Program-made: the position numbers and the translations under genes | The notes under the pieces: generated by a model | The model's database searches: none | The model's input: the letters and a program-made list of their open reading frames with translations, nothing else | Told to the model about the DNA's origin: nothing | Shown: positions 9,513 through 18,280 of the stretch, in pieces | How positions within the stretch are numbered: the first letter of the stretch is position 1 | How the letters are laid out: every line of letters starts with the position of its first letter | Assembly (NCBI GenBank): GCA_965649295.1 | Contig: CBFGKH010000001.1 | Location: 128,001 to 192,000, forward strand | Length of the DNA stretch: 64,000 bases | Reading direction: 5' to 3' | Source of the DNA: a candidate division WOR-3 bacterium | Lineage (GTDB): Bacteria > Hydrothermota > Tepidihabitantia > Tepidihabitantales > Tepidihabitantaceae

Positions 9513-10736
9513 TTATCCATCTTGCCGCTTGCCCCCTGCCTCTTGGCCCTTGACTTTTGGCTCTTGGCTCGTGTCCTCTGCCTCTCCTGCTTCTCCTCTT
9601 GCCGGCGGAACCGGCCGCCTGTCGCGTATCTCCTCGAACTTCGCCACCAGCGCCGCTGCGACCCGCTGCACCAGCTCAGGCCGACCGGTTGTCCGGCCAA
9701 GCTCAGCCAGAGTCTGCTCCATCGTCGCACTCTCCGGGTCAGAGTCAACCAAGAGCCACGCTAGCGTCCTCGCCAGCCAGTCCCGCGCCGGCTCATCAGC
9801 ACTCTCAACCCCCACCGCCTCACCAGCCTGCCGTAGCGCAAGCTGGAATAGATACCGCTTTCGGCCGTATTCCTCCATTGCCGCCTTCACCTCCTTTCGC
9901 TCCTGGTCTCGCCGCAATGCGGCCGCGCTCCGCAGCCCATTCCCGGCAATCCGAATCGGCGGCCCTGACCGCAGCTCCTCCACCAGCCCAGCCGCCTGTA
10001 GGTCAGCATACACCTCTTCAGCCAGCTTCCGTGCCAGTTCCAGCTCCTTCCTACCTGCAAACCCAACCCGCACCGCTGCCCGCTCCAGTGCTCTCCAGCG
10101 CCGCGCCGAACCCGGCCTGAGCCGCACCGCCAGCACACCTACCGCCTGCCGTAGCAGAAACAACCGGTCTGCCGGCGAAAGCGATGCCCAATACGGGGCC
10201 AGCACCCTTTTCAACTCCTGCTCCAACTCATAAGCAATCAACCGACTGTTCGCCATCCGTCGCACCCGGGCCAGCCGCTGCTCTGGCAGCTCATACTGCA
10301 ACCACACCCGTCGCCCTGGCGGTAACTCATAATCCGGCACACGCAACCGACCATCGTTTCGAAACAGAAGCGCCGTCTTACGGTCATACTTCAGCACTGC
10401 TGCCCGCACCGGCTCTGGCAATCCGGCAACCAGCGCCTGCACTTCCTCCTGAGCCTGCTCCTGTCCAGCCACTGGCCGACGGCAGTAATCATTAAGAATA
10501 TCCAGAATCGCCCCAACATCAGTCCGACACGCCCGCAGGAAATCAAGCACGAGCCCGAGCGAAGGATACCGGACGCGCCCGCTCTCCAGCCTCGCCACCA
10601 CATTCCACGCACCACGGCCCTGTCGGCCCATCAGCATTGCAACCTGCGCTTGCGTCAGCCCAGCAGCCAGCCGCACCTGCCGCAGCCTCGCTGCCAACTC
10701 GGCCGGAAACTCAAACATCACTCGCGCACGCGCCAC
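9513..10736 (-). CDS. XRE/Cro-C1 helix-turn-helix protein with long uncharacterised C-terminal region
   Basis: N-terminal 'LRQVRLAAGLTQAQVAMLMG...VARLESGRVRYPSL' is an XRE HTH. The remaining ~320 aa are helical, Arg-rich and not recognised. Confidence 0.75.
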   Translation of the reverse strand: MARARVMFEFPAELAARLRQVRLAAGLTQAQVAMLMGRQGRGAWNVVARLESGRVRYPSLGLVLDFLRACRTDVGAILDILNDYCRRPVAGQEQAQEEVQALVAGLPEPVRAAVLKYDRKTALLFRNDGRLRVPDYELPPGRRVWLQYELPEQRLARVRRMANSRLIAYELEQELKRVLAPYWASLSPADRLFLLRQAVGVLAVRLRPGSARRWRALERAAVRVGFAGRKELELARKLAEEVYADLQAAGLVEELRSGPPIRIAGNGLRSAAALRRDQERKEVKAAMEEYGRKRYLFQLALRQAGEAVGVESADEPARDWLARTLAWLLVDSDPESATMEQTLAELGRTTGRPELVQRVAAALVAKFEEIRDRRPVPPARGEAGEAEDTSQEPKVKGQEAGGKRQDG

Positions 10737-10741
10737 AGACT

Positions 10742-10771
10742 ATTATACTAAATCTTATAGCCACCGTTCAA
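10742..10771 (-). promoter_or_regulatory. Sigma70-like promoter of the XRE-HTH gene, probably leaderless
   Basis: TTGAAC-18 nt-TATAAT, a few nt upstream of the GTG at 10736. Confidence 0.6.
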
Positions 10772-10783
10772 CTTTCTCTGCGT

Positions 10784-11113
10784 CTAACCAACAGCAAACA
10801 AATCAGTTAGCCAATTACAGCCGTTGAGATATCCCTAGTCCCCCGGGTCGCTCTCTAGGCTCTTTGTCTCGGCCTCTGCCACGAACCTCCACCAACCCTC
10901 TGCAGGACTCATCCCCAATCCCTGATCTGGCCTACTCTCCGGGGCTCTCTCCAGACTAACTCCCAAACTCCTATCCACAGTCCCTGCCACTGACTGGTCC
11001 CAAGCCCTATGCCGGAACTTCCAACCGGCCCTACCCCCGACCTCCGCCAAGCTCCCTGCCCGAGCCTTGTCCCATCTCAAAACCAATCTCAACCGAGAAC
11101 CCATTCCCGCCCT
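10784..11113 (-). repeat. 12-nt periodic degenerate array with terminal motif, copy A
   Basis: About 23 successive 12-mers from 10838 (e.g. actctccggggc, tctctccagact, aactcccaaact, cctatccacagt, ccctgccactga), with 'cc' at unit positions 6-7 in about 15 of 23. Inverted repeat ctaac...gttag at 10784-10810. Confidence 0.7.
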
Positions 11114-11289
11114 TCTCCCATCCCGTCACCAGCACCACCTCTACCCCTTTGTGCCTTGGTGTCCTGGTGGTGCATGATGTCTCTCCTGCTCCTAACCCTC
11201 ACTTGGTCTTCTTGGCGCCGTCTTGGCGACCTTAGTGGTCAGTCGCGGCGGCGGCTTGACTTCGCCGGCCATTCAGCAATACCACTTAC

Positions 11290-11499
11290 GTGGTCAAGAA
11301 GACGCCCGCGCTGGAGCGGTTTGAGGTTGAGCAGTTGTCCGAGCCGGCCGACTTTCGGCGCAATCTAGCGATATTCGAAGCGCTCGCCCAGCAAACGGTG
11401 AAACTCGGCGTGTTCCGCCGTGCTGACCCACTCTCAGACATCAAGCACGTCATCCGCCTTGCCCGCGACCTCAACCGTGTTTGCGGCGCTGCTCACTAG
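11290..11499 (+). CDS. Small hypothetical protein, putative antitoxin-like partner of a nucleotidyltransferase
   Basis: 69 aa, 'LERFE...NLAIFEAL...LGVF...DPLSDIKHVIRLARDLN'. From memory this resembles small genes that precede minimal nucleotidyltransferases. TTGACT upstream. Confidence 0.55.
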   Translation: MVKKTPALERFEVEQLSEPADFRRNLAIFEALAQQTVKLGVFRRADPLSDIKHVIRLARDLNRVCGAAH

Positions 11500-11545
11500 A
11501 ATCGCCCGCGTGGCCAGCCTGCGGCCATTAGTGTCTTGGTGGTGA
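11477..11545 (+). pseudogene. Possible truncated 5' remnant of a nucleotidyltransferase-type gene
   Basis: A GTG overlapping the upstream ORF end reads VFAALLTRIARV..., then runs into a repeat and stops after 22 codons. Confidence 0.35.
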
Positions 11546-11553
11546 ATGCGCGC

Positions 11554-12597
11554 TCAGGCGAGCGCGGTGCGGGCGGCTGCGGCAAGGTCGAGACCGGACG
11601 GGCCGAAGCGGTTGAACCGCTCAACCCCAGCCGCGGCAATCATTGCCGCATTGTCGGTGCAGTACTGCACCCTGGGAATTACAAGCTGAACCCCGTAACG
11701 GTCAGCAATATCGGCTAGCTGCTCGCGCAGGTAGCCATTGGCCGCCACCCCACCGGACACGCCCAGCGTTCCCAGTCCGGTCTGTTTCAACCCCTGCACT
11801 ACGCGCCTGGTGATGGAAGCAACCGCTGCCCGCTGGAAAGACGCGGCGACGTCGGCCTTTGCTGCCCCGGGATTGTCGCGCAGGTAGTAGAGCACCGCAG
11901 TCTTCAGTCCGGAGAAGCTCCAGTCCAGCCCGCCTGGGTCAGGAATCGGGAACTCGATCGTGCACCGGCCTTCCCGCGCCAGCCGTTCAACCTGCACCCC
12001 ACCCGGATAGGGCAGCCCCAGTAGCTTGGCCACCTTGTCGAACGCTTCACCACAGGCATCGTCAATCGTCGAGCCAAGCTGCCGGTACCGGCACCAGTCC
12101 TCAACGACCAGTAGCTCGGTGTGCCCACCCGAAAGCACAGCAGCAAGAAACGGCGGCCTAAGCTCTGGCTTCTCAAGCCGGAGGGCAAAGATATGGCCCT
12201 CCAGGTGATTGACGCCCACAAACGGTATTCCCAGGCCAAAGCTCAGCGCCTTGGCAAATGGTAGTCCGACCAGGAGCGCACCCATCAGCCCGGGCGTATA
12301 GGTGACGGCCACGAGCCCGATGTCTGCAAGCCGCACCCCGGCCTGCTCCAGGGCCGCGTTCATCACCGGCAGTATCATCCGCATGTGGGCGCGGGCTGCC
12401 AGTTCGGGCACAACCCCACCAAACTCCGCATGGACGTATTGGGACGAGACGACGCTGGAGCGAACATTGGTAAGACCATCGAGGACTGCTGCCGCAGTCT
12501 CATCGCACGAAGTCTCGATACCGAGCGTCAGCTTGGTATTTACGTCTTGGTCCGTTATCGTCTGGTATCCGCAGTCGTCAGTTCTACTTCGAACCAC
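11554..12597 (-). CDS. tsaD: tRNA N6-adenosine threonylcarbamoyltransferase
   Basis: LGIETSCDET, GGVVPELAARAH, NHLEGH, SGGHT, DDACGEAFDK, SFSGLKT, GGVAAN and CTDNAAMIA. Confidence 0.96.
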   Translation of the reverse strand: MVRSRTDDCGYQTITDQDVNTKLTLGIETSCDETAAAVLDGLTNVRSSVVSSQYVHAEFGGVVPELAARAHMRMILPVMNAALEQAGVRLADIGLVAVTYTPGLMGALLVGLPFAKALSFGLGIPFVGVNHLEGHIFALRLEKPELRPPFLAAVLSGGHTELLVVEDWCRYRQLGSTIDDACGEAFDKVAKLLGLPYPGGVQVERLAREGRCTIEFPIPDPGGLDWSFSGLKTAVLYYLRDNPGAAKADVAASFQRAAVASITRRVVQGLKQTGLGTLGVSGGVAANGYLREQLADIADRYGVQLVIPRVQYCTDNAAMIAAAGVERFNRFGPSGLDLAAAARTALA

Positions 12598-12599
12598 GC

Positions 12600-13505
12600 T
12601 TACCGGACCGTGACGTCAAAGAGCTGCGGCTCGCACTTGACGACTCGGTATCCGGGCGGCAGGAGGATGTCGGCTGCCAGCCGATAGTCACCCGGGCCCA
12701 GGCCGGCCACTTTCACCTGAGCGGTTATCTGCTCATTTTGCAGCGAGTCAATACTGTGCGCTGGGCCGGCGATTGCAATCTGAGCCTCGTTCGGCTCAAT
12801 TTCGACCTGGCGACCGGCCGGCCCCACGACTCGCACCGGCACCCCGAGAAAGATGCGAGCTGCTTCTTTCTCAACCACTACCGCTATGTCAGCCGACTCC
12901 GGCTCAGTGACAAAAGCCGGACCAGGTGGCACAACTCGCAGCCGCACCGTGCCCGGTCCGCTGACTCGCGCCAGGTCTAACGTCTCGGTGTTCACGCTGG
13001 TTATCGTCCGCAGTTCGCTCTCTGGCCCAAGCAATCGGACTGTTGCTGGTGGCCGGTTGACTGTCACCATCGTGTTGCTCGCTGGCTGACCCTTCAACGG
13101 CACCTGGACCGGCACGACCCGCACCGACGCCTCATTGACGTGCAGCTCGACATACTCCGGTTCGATTGCCGTCAGGGTGACACCTGGCGGCAGGTTCAGC
13201 TCGGCCGCAGTAAGCTTCACCTGCTTACGGCCCAGCCGCGACTCAACTCGGCCTAGTAGAAACCGCAATTGCTTTGGCCGCAGATTGACGAGGTCCTTGC
13301 CCCGTCCAGACAGTGTCACCGTGGCCTCGCTTGGTTCAACCGCTACCAGTATCTGACGAGCATCGGTCTTCGTCAGCACCACCGGCACTGCCAAAGCCAC
13401 GGTGTAGGTTCGGTCGAGCGCGGCATAGGCCCAGACCAAAAGCGAGAGCAAAAGGGCCGTCACCTTCAAGGGAATATCGGCTGCCAGCCATTGGAGGAAT
13501 CGCAT
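12600..13505 (-). CDS. YbbR/CdaR family protein
   Basis: N-terminal TM 'LKVTALLLSLLVWAY' followed by three YbbR-like beta repeats. Likely ATG at 13505, 7 nt after a -10 box. Confidence 0.8.
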   Translation of the reverse strand: MRFLQWLAADIPLKVTALLLSLLVWAYAALDRTYTVALAVPVVLTKTDARQILVAVEPSEATVTLSGRGKDLVNLRPKQLRFLLGRVESRLGRKQVKLTAAELNLPPGVTLTAIEPEYVELHVNEASVRVVPVQVPLKGQPASNTMVTVNRPPATVRLLGPESELRTITSVNTETLDLARVSGPGTVRLRVVPPGPAFVTEPESADIAVVVEKEAARIFLGVPVRVVGPAGRQVEIEPNEAQIAIAGPAHSIDSLQNEQITAQVKVAGLGPGDYRLAADILLPPGYRVVKCEPQLFDVTVR

Positions 13506-13512
13506 CACCGCT

Positions 13513-13540
13513 ATCTTAGGCAGACTCCGGAAAGTGTCAA
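13513..13540 (-). promoter_or_regulatory. Sigma70-like promoter (cdaR-tsaD)
   Basis: TTGACA-16-TAAGAT, then 7 nt to ATG. Confidence 0.7.
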
Positions 13541-13616
13541 TCCGACGCCAGTCTTGACTTACGCCCGGTTTGGGCAAGCATTACTCTTGCTCTCAGCACC
13601 AAACAAAGGAACTAAC

Positions 13617-14864
13617 ATGTGGGACCAACCAACACTCGACCGGCTGCGTCAGCGCATTGCCGAGCTGGAACCAGAGATGATCGAACTGCAGCGGCGACTT
13701 GTCGCGCTGCCCGCCATCAGTCCGGCTAATGGTGGCGAAGGCGAGAAGGCCAGAGTTGACTTTCTTCTACCGCTGCTCACCAGCTTCGGGCTGGAAGTGA
13801 CCGAGTACCGCGCTCCTGACCAACGCGCTCGCTGTGGCTATCGCCCCAGCCTTGTTGCCCGGCTTCCTGGCCAGCAGCGCAACCGCACCCTCTGGATAAT
13901 GACCCACCTTGACATCGTGCCCGCCGGCCCGGCCGAACTTTGGCACACCGACCCATTCGTCGCTACGGTCAAAGACGGCAAGATAATCGGTCGTGGCGTT
14001 GAGGACAACCAGCAGGAGATGGTTGCCTCCATCTATGCGCTCAAGGCCCTGATTGACCTCGGGCTGACGCCGGTTCACGACGTTGCCCTGATGCTCGTCG
14101 CCGACGAGGAAACTGGCTCTGACTATGGCGTCGGCTGGCTCCTTGACAACCATCGGCTCTGCCAGCCTACTGACCTAGTGCTGGTTCCTGACGCCGGCAA
14201 CGAAGATGGTAGCCTGCTGGAGATTGCCGAGAAGTCCATCGCCTGGCTCAAACTGACAATCATTGGCCGCCAGACCCATGGCTCAACGCCCCATCACGGC
14301 CGCAATGCCCACCGGGCTGGCGCTAACCTGCTCGTTCGCCTCGACCAGGAGCTACACGAGAAATACAACGCTGAGGATACCCTCTTTTCACCACCGGTCT
14401 CGACTATCGAGCCGACCAAGAAAGAGGCCAACGTTCCCAACATCAACACGATTCCCGGCGAGGATATCTTCTATCTCGACTGTCGAATGCTGCCCTGCTA
14501 CCAGCTCGCTGACCTTTTGGCCGATACCCAACGGATTGCTGCACAGGTTGCGGCCCAATTCGGTGTTGAGATACGGGTTGGCACCGAACAGTTTGCCCAG
14601 GCCGCACCACCGACCAGTGCCGACGCACCGATTGTTCGCCTGCTCGCCCAGGCTGTCCGCACCCTGCTCGGAGTTGAGCCTTTCACTCGGGGCATCGGCG
14701 GTGGAACTGTCGCTGCGCTCTTTCGCCGCCGTGGAATCCCAGCCGTGGTCTGGGGTCGCTGTGCCGGCCAGGCCCACCAGCCCAACGAATACTCACTGAT
14801 TGCCAATATGACCGGCAATGCGCTGGTCTATGCTTGGCTCGCCGGCATGGAAGCGCCCGACTGA
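13617..14864 (+). CDS. M20 family metallohydrolase (DapE/ArgE-like)
   Basis: THLDIVP, GRGVEDN, ADEETGS, EKS, HGSTP, NTIPG, GGGT and AHQPNE. ATG at 13617 with SD 'aagga'. Confidence 0.9.
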   Translation: MWDQPTLDRLRQRIAELEPEMIELQRRLVALPAISPANGGEGEKARVDFLLPLLTSFGLEVTEYRAPDQRARCGYRPSLVARLPGQQRNRTLWIMTHLDIVPAGPAELWHTDPFVATVKDGKIIGRGVEDNQQEMVASIYALKALIDLGLTPVHDVALMLVADEETGSDYGVGWLLDNHRLCQPTDLVLVPDAGNEDGSLLEIAEKSIAWLKLTIIGRQTHGSTPHHGRNAHRAGANLLVRLDQELHEKYNAEDTLFSPPVSTIEPTKKEANVPNINTIPGEDIFYLDCRMLPCYQLADLLADTQRIAAQVAAQFGVEIRVGTEQFAQAAPPTSADAPIVRLLAQAVRTLLGVEPFTRGIGGGTVAALFRRRGIPAVVWGRCAGQAHQPNEYSLIANMTGNALVYAWLAGMEAPD

Positions 14865-14871
14865 CCAGTGC

Positions 14872-14899
14872 TTGACTAGGCGCAATCCGCGGCTAGATT
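14872..14899 (+). promoter_or_regulatory. Sigma70-like promoter
   Basis: TTGACT-16-TAGATT, 6 nt to GTG 14906. Confidence 0.65.
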
Positions 14900-14905
14900 G
14901 AGGCT

Positions 14906-15280
14906 GTGATGGAACCGTTCCCGCTCTCGTCGCTCCGGCAGCTCGTTGACGTTGACCGGGCCACAGTGGTGGACTCCCGTGCGCACGGCGGTGAGGTAAT
15001 CCGTATCCCGATCAAAAGCCAGATGCTGCTCGCCAACATCCTCAGCGCTGTCGCCGACAATCTCGCTTGGTTTATGGAGCAGGTGACCGGTCGTGGCTAC
15101 CAGAAAGCTGAAGAAGTTTACGAAACTGGCTTTACCGTTCGCGAACCTGGCCACCAGGCCTATGGACTGAAGGTCCACGCCGAGCCAGGCATGGTCATTA
15201 TCTCCCGCGTCTCGATTCTCGAAGACGAGACAATCTTCCGCCGCTACGTTAACTACCTGCACACCGGCGTCTATCTCTAG
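14906..15280 (+). CDS. Hypothetical protein (124 aa)
   Basis: Coding-like codon usage and its own promoter; no motif recognised. Confidence 0.7.
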   Translation: MMEPFPLSSLRQLVDVDRATVVDSRAHGGEVIRIPIKSQMLLANILSAVADNLAWFMEQVTGRGYQKAEEVYETGFTVREPGHQAYGLKVHAEPGMVIISRVSILEDETIFRRYVNYLHTGVYL

Positions 15281-15287
15281 CCTCGAC

Positions 15288-17177
15288 TTAGAGCAGCAGC
15301 AGTAGCTCCAGAGCCCAGGCCAGCGCGGCGAGATAGAGCAAGAGCACGGTCAGGTCCGAGGCACCTTGCTCGATACCGGTCCTGACCAGGAAATTGCGTT
15401 TGGCCAGCTCAGCGGTTGACGCCCGTTCAAGATTCCCTTCCTCAGCCAGCACGTTCACGGCCAACAGCCGATTGCCGAACTGATACGGCCCCGGTTCGTC
15501 GGTCCGGTCGAACAGAATCTCGGCCCTGCCTCCCACCCACTGCGGCTCGACAGCGTAGCGCCGACTTGGCCCAGTCACTGCCGCCTCATCGCCTGCAATG
15601 ACCGCTCTTATTGTATCTCCAACAAGATACTCGGCCGCCAGGTCTGCGCTTGCCAGCCAGGCCAAAGTCCGATGCAGCAACGGCACAAACGCCGCCTTAT
15701 AGACCAGATCGGTTCCCTCCGGAACCGGCGCCGCTGCCAGAACCATTACCCTACCGGTGGCTAACTGAACCATGAACGGCTCACCATCGCTCAACCGGGC
15801 CAGCACTCGCCCAGCCCCGATTCTCACCCGGGCATGAGCAAAAATCCTGGCGCTGGCCAGGTCAGGCCCGCGCAGCAGTTCCAGCGCCGGATGGAGCGTA
15901 TCCCACTCAGCAATCGTCGCAAATCCGGCCGACCGCACCGTACCGGCAAAACTGACCAAGCCCTGGCCGGCCAACGAGTCTTCTGGCGCGGTTCCAGCAA
16001 AGACCAGCAGCCCTACCCCTGATTCGACCCCGAACCGCAATCTAGCCCAGTCAGCCGCCGCCAGTGCTGCCGCATCGGTGACGACAACAATACCGTACCG
16101 ACTCAGGTCCTGCCGGCCTAGTTCGGCACTATTGACAACGGTCAGGTCAAACAAGGCTGCCGAGTCATCGCCCAAGGCACTGACAACATATCGCGCCGGC
16201 ACTGCTGGCGACTGGACAACCAAAGTTCGCACCTGCCGTAGCGGCGTCACTGCCCGCCAGCGCCGATCATCAGCAACCAGCGAGTCCGTAAGCAGCTCGA
16301 CCCTAGCCACCGTCGGCACGCTTTCCTGATAGCTGGTCTCGAACTCAACCTTCACGCTGCCGCGCGCCGGAATCCCGACAACCTTCTCCTCGCTCCGTTC
16401 GCCGACGTGCAGCACCGCCGTACGCGTCACCGCCACCGCTCCGTAGTTAGCCAGCTCTGCCCGGAACCGGACTGGCCGACCCGCCAATGCCAGCCTCGGC
16501 TCGATCAATACTCTGGCTACGCCGGCGTTGTCGAAACTCTCTGACCCAACATCAACGAGCGTCACCTGCCTACCGACAGGCACACGCCAAGTGTCGCCCA
16601 ACGCCCGCCGCTGCCGGTCAGTGATAACGATAACCTCCACATCCTGCCAGCCGCCGACCTGTTCGAGCACCGGCAGCAGACCGACCGCTGCATACGACGG
16701 CTGCAGCGAGTCAACCCGGCCAAGCCAGGCTCGACCTGACCGCCAGTCCCCATCCTCCTTGCGGCCAAGAACCCTGCTGCTTGCGGTCAGCACCACTGCG
16801 CGCTGACCACTGCCCATCCCGCTCAACACCCCTCTCGCTGCCGCCTGTGCCCGCTGCCAGCATCCGCCATAGCCCATGCTGTAGGAATCGTCAATCAGCA
16901 ACACCACATCACCGGCTCGTCCCAGCCCAGGCAACCGCACCCGCAGAAACGGCCGCGACAACGCCAGTAACAGGAATAACAAGGCCAGTGTCCGCAGAAG
17001 TAGCAACAGCAATTCTTTTAGCCGCAGCCAGGAGAATCGCTCCCGCTGAACACTTGCCAGAAGCAACAGCGACGGAAACTCAGCCCGCCGCAGCCGCAAC
17101 CGACTGAGGATATGAATGATAAGCGGGACCGCGGCCAACGCGACGAGCGGCAGGTAGCCAGCAGCACCGAAACCCAT
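15288..17177 (-). CDS. BatA N-terminal / vWA domain membrane protein
   Basis: 'PLIIHIL...FPSL...LLLLLRTLA...LSRP' (BatA), 'LIDDSYSM' MIDAS motif, 'ITD', CARDB-like region and a C-terminal TM. Confidence 0.85.
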   Translation of the reverse strand: MGFGAAGYLPLVALAAVPLIIHILSRLRLRRAEFPSLLLLASVQRERFSWLRLKELLLLLLRTLALLFLLLALSRPFLRVRLPGLGRAGDVVLLIDDSYSMGYGGCWQRAQAAARGVLSGMGSGQRAVVLTASSRVLGRKEDGDWRSGRAWLGRVDSLQPSYAAVGLLPVLEQVGGWQDVEVIVITDRQRRALGDTWRVPVGRQVTLVDVGSESFDNAGVARVLIEPRLALAGRPVRFRAELANYGAVAVTRTAVLHVGERSEEKVVGIPARGSVKVEFETSYQESVPTVARVELLTDSLVADDRRWRAVTPLRQVRTLVVQSPAVPARYVVSALGDDSAALFDLTVVNSAELGRQDLSRYGIVVVTDAAALAAADWARLRFGVESGVGLLVFAGTAPEDSLAGQGLVSFAGTVRSAGFATIAEWDTLHPALELLRGPDLASARIFAHARVRIGAGRVLARLSDGEPFMVQLATGRVMVLAAAPVPEGTDLVYKAAFVPLLHRTLAWLASADLAAEYLVGDTIRAVIAGDEAAVTGPSRRYAVEPQWVGGRAEILFDRTDEPGPYQFGNRLLAVNVLAEEGNLERASTAELAKRNFLVRTGIEQGASDLTVLLLYLAALAWALELLLLL

Positions 17178-17265
17178 CAGCCCTGCCCCTGACCCTGACT
17201 TGACCGAAACATCATGCCTCCGCCGCTCGCTATGACTAGGTAATGAAAAAGGTCACTGCACGCCT

Positions 17266-18264
17266 CTACCTGATACGGCGCCGGTGTTCCAGATAGCTGA
17301 ACAGCGCTCGGTCGAACGGTGCATCGGTTGTAATGCGATGGTAGTCAATACGCGCCTCGCGGCAGCCCCGCTCAAACTGGGTGAAGAAAGCGTCGAAGGT
17401 CCGCTGATACTCCTGCCGCACAATCCGGCCATCAACAGTCAACTCCTGACCTGACTCCATATCGCGCAGCAACACTGGCCCACGGAAGTCGAACGCCCGT
17501 TCATTCGGGTCCTGGATATGAAAGACCAGCACCTCGTGCTTGCGAAACCGAAAATGGCGTAAGGCCGCGAGCACTGCCGCCGGGTTGTCCCACAGGTCCG
17601 AGATGACAATCACGAGGCCACGCCGCTTCAGTCGCTCGGCCAGACCGTGCAGCGTGCCCGCAATGTTCGTATCGCCGCCTGGCTTTGTGTCCGCAAGCTG
17701 GTGCAATAGCACATTAAGATGCGAACCGGACGAACGTGGTGGCACGTAGCGGTCAATCTTGTCCGAGAACGTCACGAGGCCGCATGAGTCTTTCTGGTGC
17801 AAAAGCAGATAGGCCAAGCTTGCGGCCAGCCAGCCTGAGTACTCGAGCTTCGTAACCCGGCCCTTGCCACCAGACCGGTAGGCCATCGAACCTGATGCAT
17901 CGAGCAGGAGATACGCCCGCAGGTTTGTCTCTTCTTCATACTCGCGGACCACAAACCGGTCGGTCTTGGCATAAACTTTCCAGTCAATCCGCTTCGGCTC
18001 ATCGCCCGGCTGGTACTGACGATGCTCGGTGAACTCGACCGAGAAACCCTTGTACGGCGACCGGTGCAGCCCGGCCAGAAACCCTTCGACCACCAGCCGC
18101 GCAACAAGGTCAATTGACCGGAGTTTGGCCACAACCTCGGGTTTGAGCAGTTCCGTCGGTTTCAAGGGAAGGTAATTAGGCCACACCGCTCGCGGTCTGT
18201 CAATTTCGCCCCTTACCGAGGCAGTCACAGCGCTGTCATTGGAAGCTTGACGGTCTCCTGCCAT
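17266..18264 (-). CDS. DUF58 family vWA-like protein (MoxR-associated)
   Basis: GLHRSPYKGFSVEFTEHRQYQPGDE, IDWK, EEET, LDASGSM and ISD. The true start is probably TTG at 18165. Confidence 0.9.
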   Translation of the reverse strand: MAGDRQASNDSAVTASVRGEIDRPRAVWPNYLPLKPTELLKPEVVAKLRSIDLVARLVVEGFLAGLHRSPYKGFSVEFTEHRQYQPGDEPKRIDWKVYAKTDRFVVREYEEETNLRAYLLLDASGSMAYRSGGKGRVTKLEYSGWLAASLAYLLLHQKDSCGLVTFSDKIDRYVPPRSSGSHLNVLLHQLADTKPGGDTNIAGTLHGLAERLKRRGLVIVISDLWDNPAAVLAALRHFRFRKHEVLVFHIQDPNERAFDFRGPVLLRDMESGQELTVDGRIVRQEYQRTFDAFFTQFERGCREARIDYHRITTDAPFDRALFSYLEHRRRIR

Positions 18265-18274
18265 TGCTCATAAT
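18247..18274 (+). promoter_or_regulatory. Sigma70-like promoter
   Basis: TTGACG-16-CATAAT, 6 nt to GTG 18281. Confidence 0.6.
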
Positions 18275-18280
18275 CACGTC

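Noticed and set aside
10838..11113. CRISPR array interpretation of the periodic intergenic regions (also 28450-28741 and 39700-40060)
   Set aside because: There are no identical 23-47 nt repeats separated by unique spacers, the period is 12 nt and degenerate, and no cas genes are present.
13269..13616. 116-aa N-terminal extension of the M20 hydrolase in the ORF track
   Set aside because: It overlaps the divergent cdaR-like gene and promoters; SD plus ATG at 13617 gives a normal-length protein.
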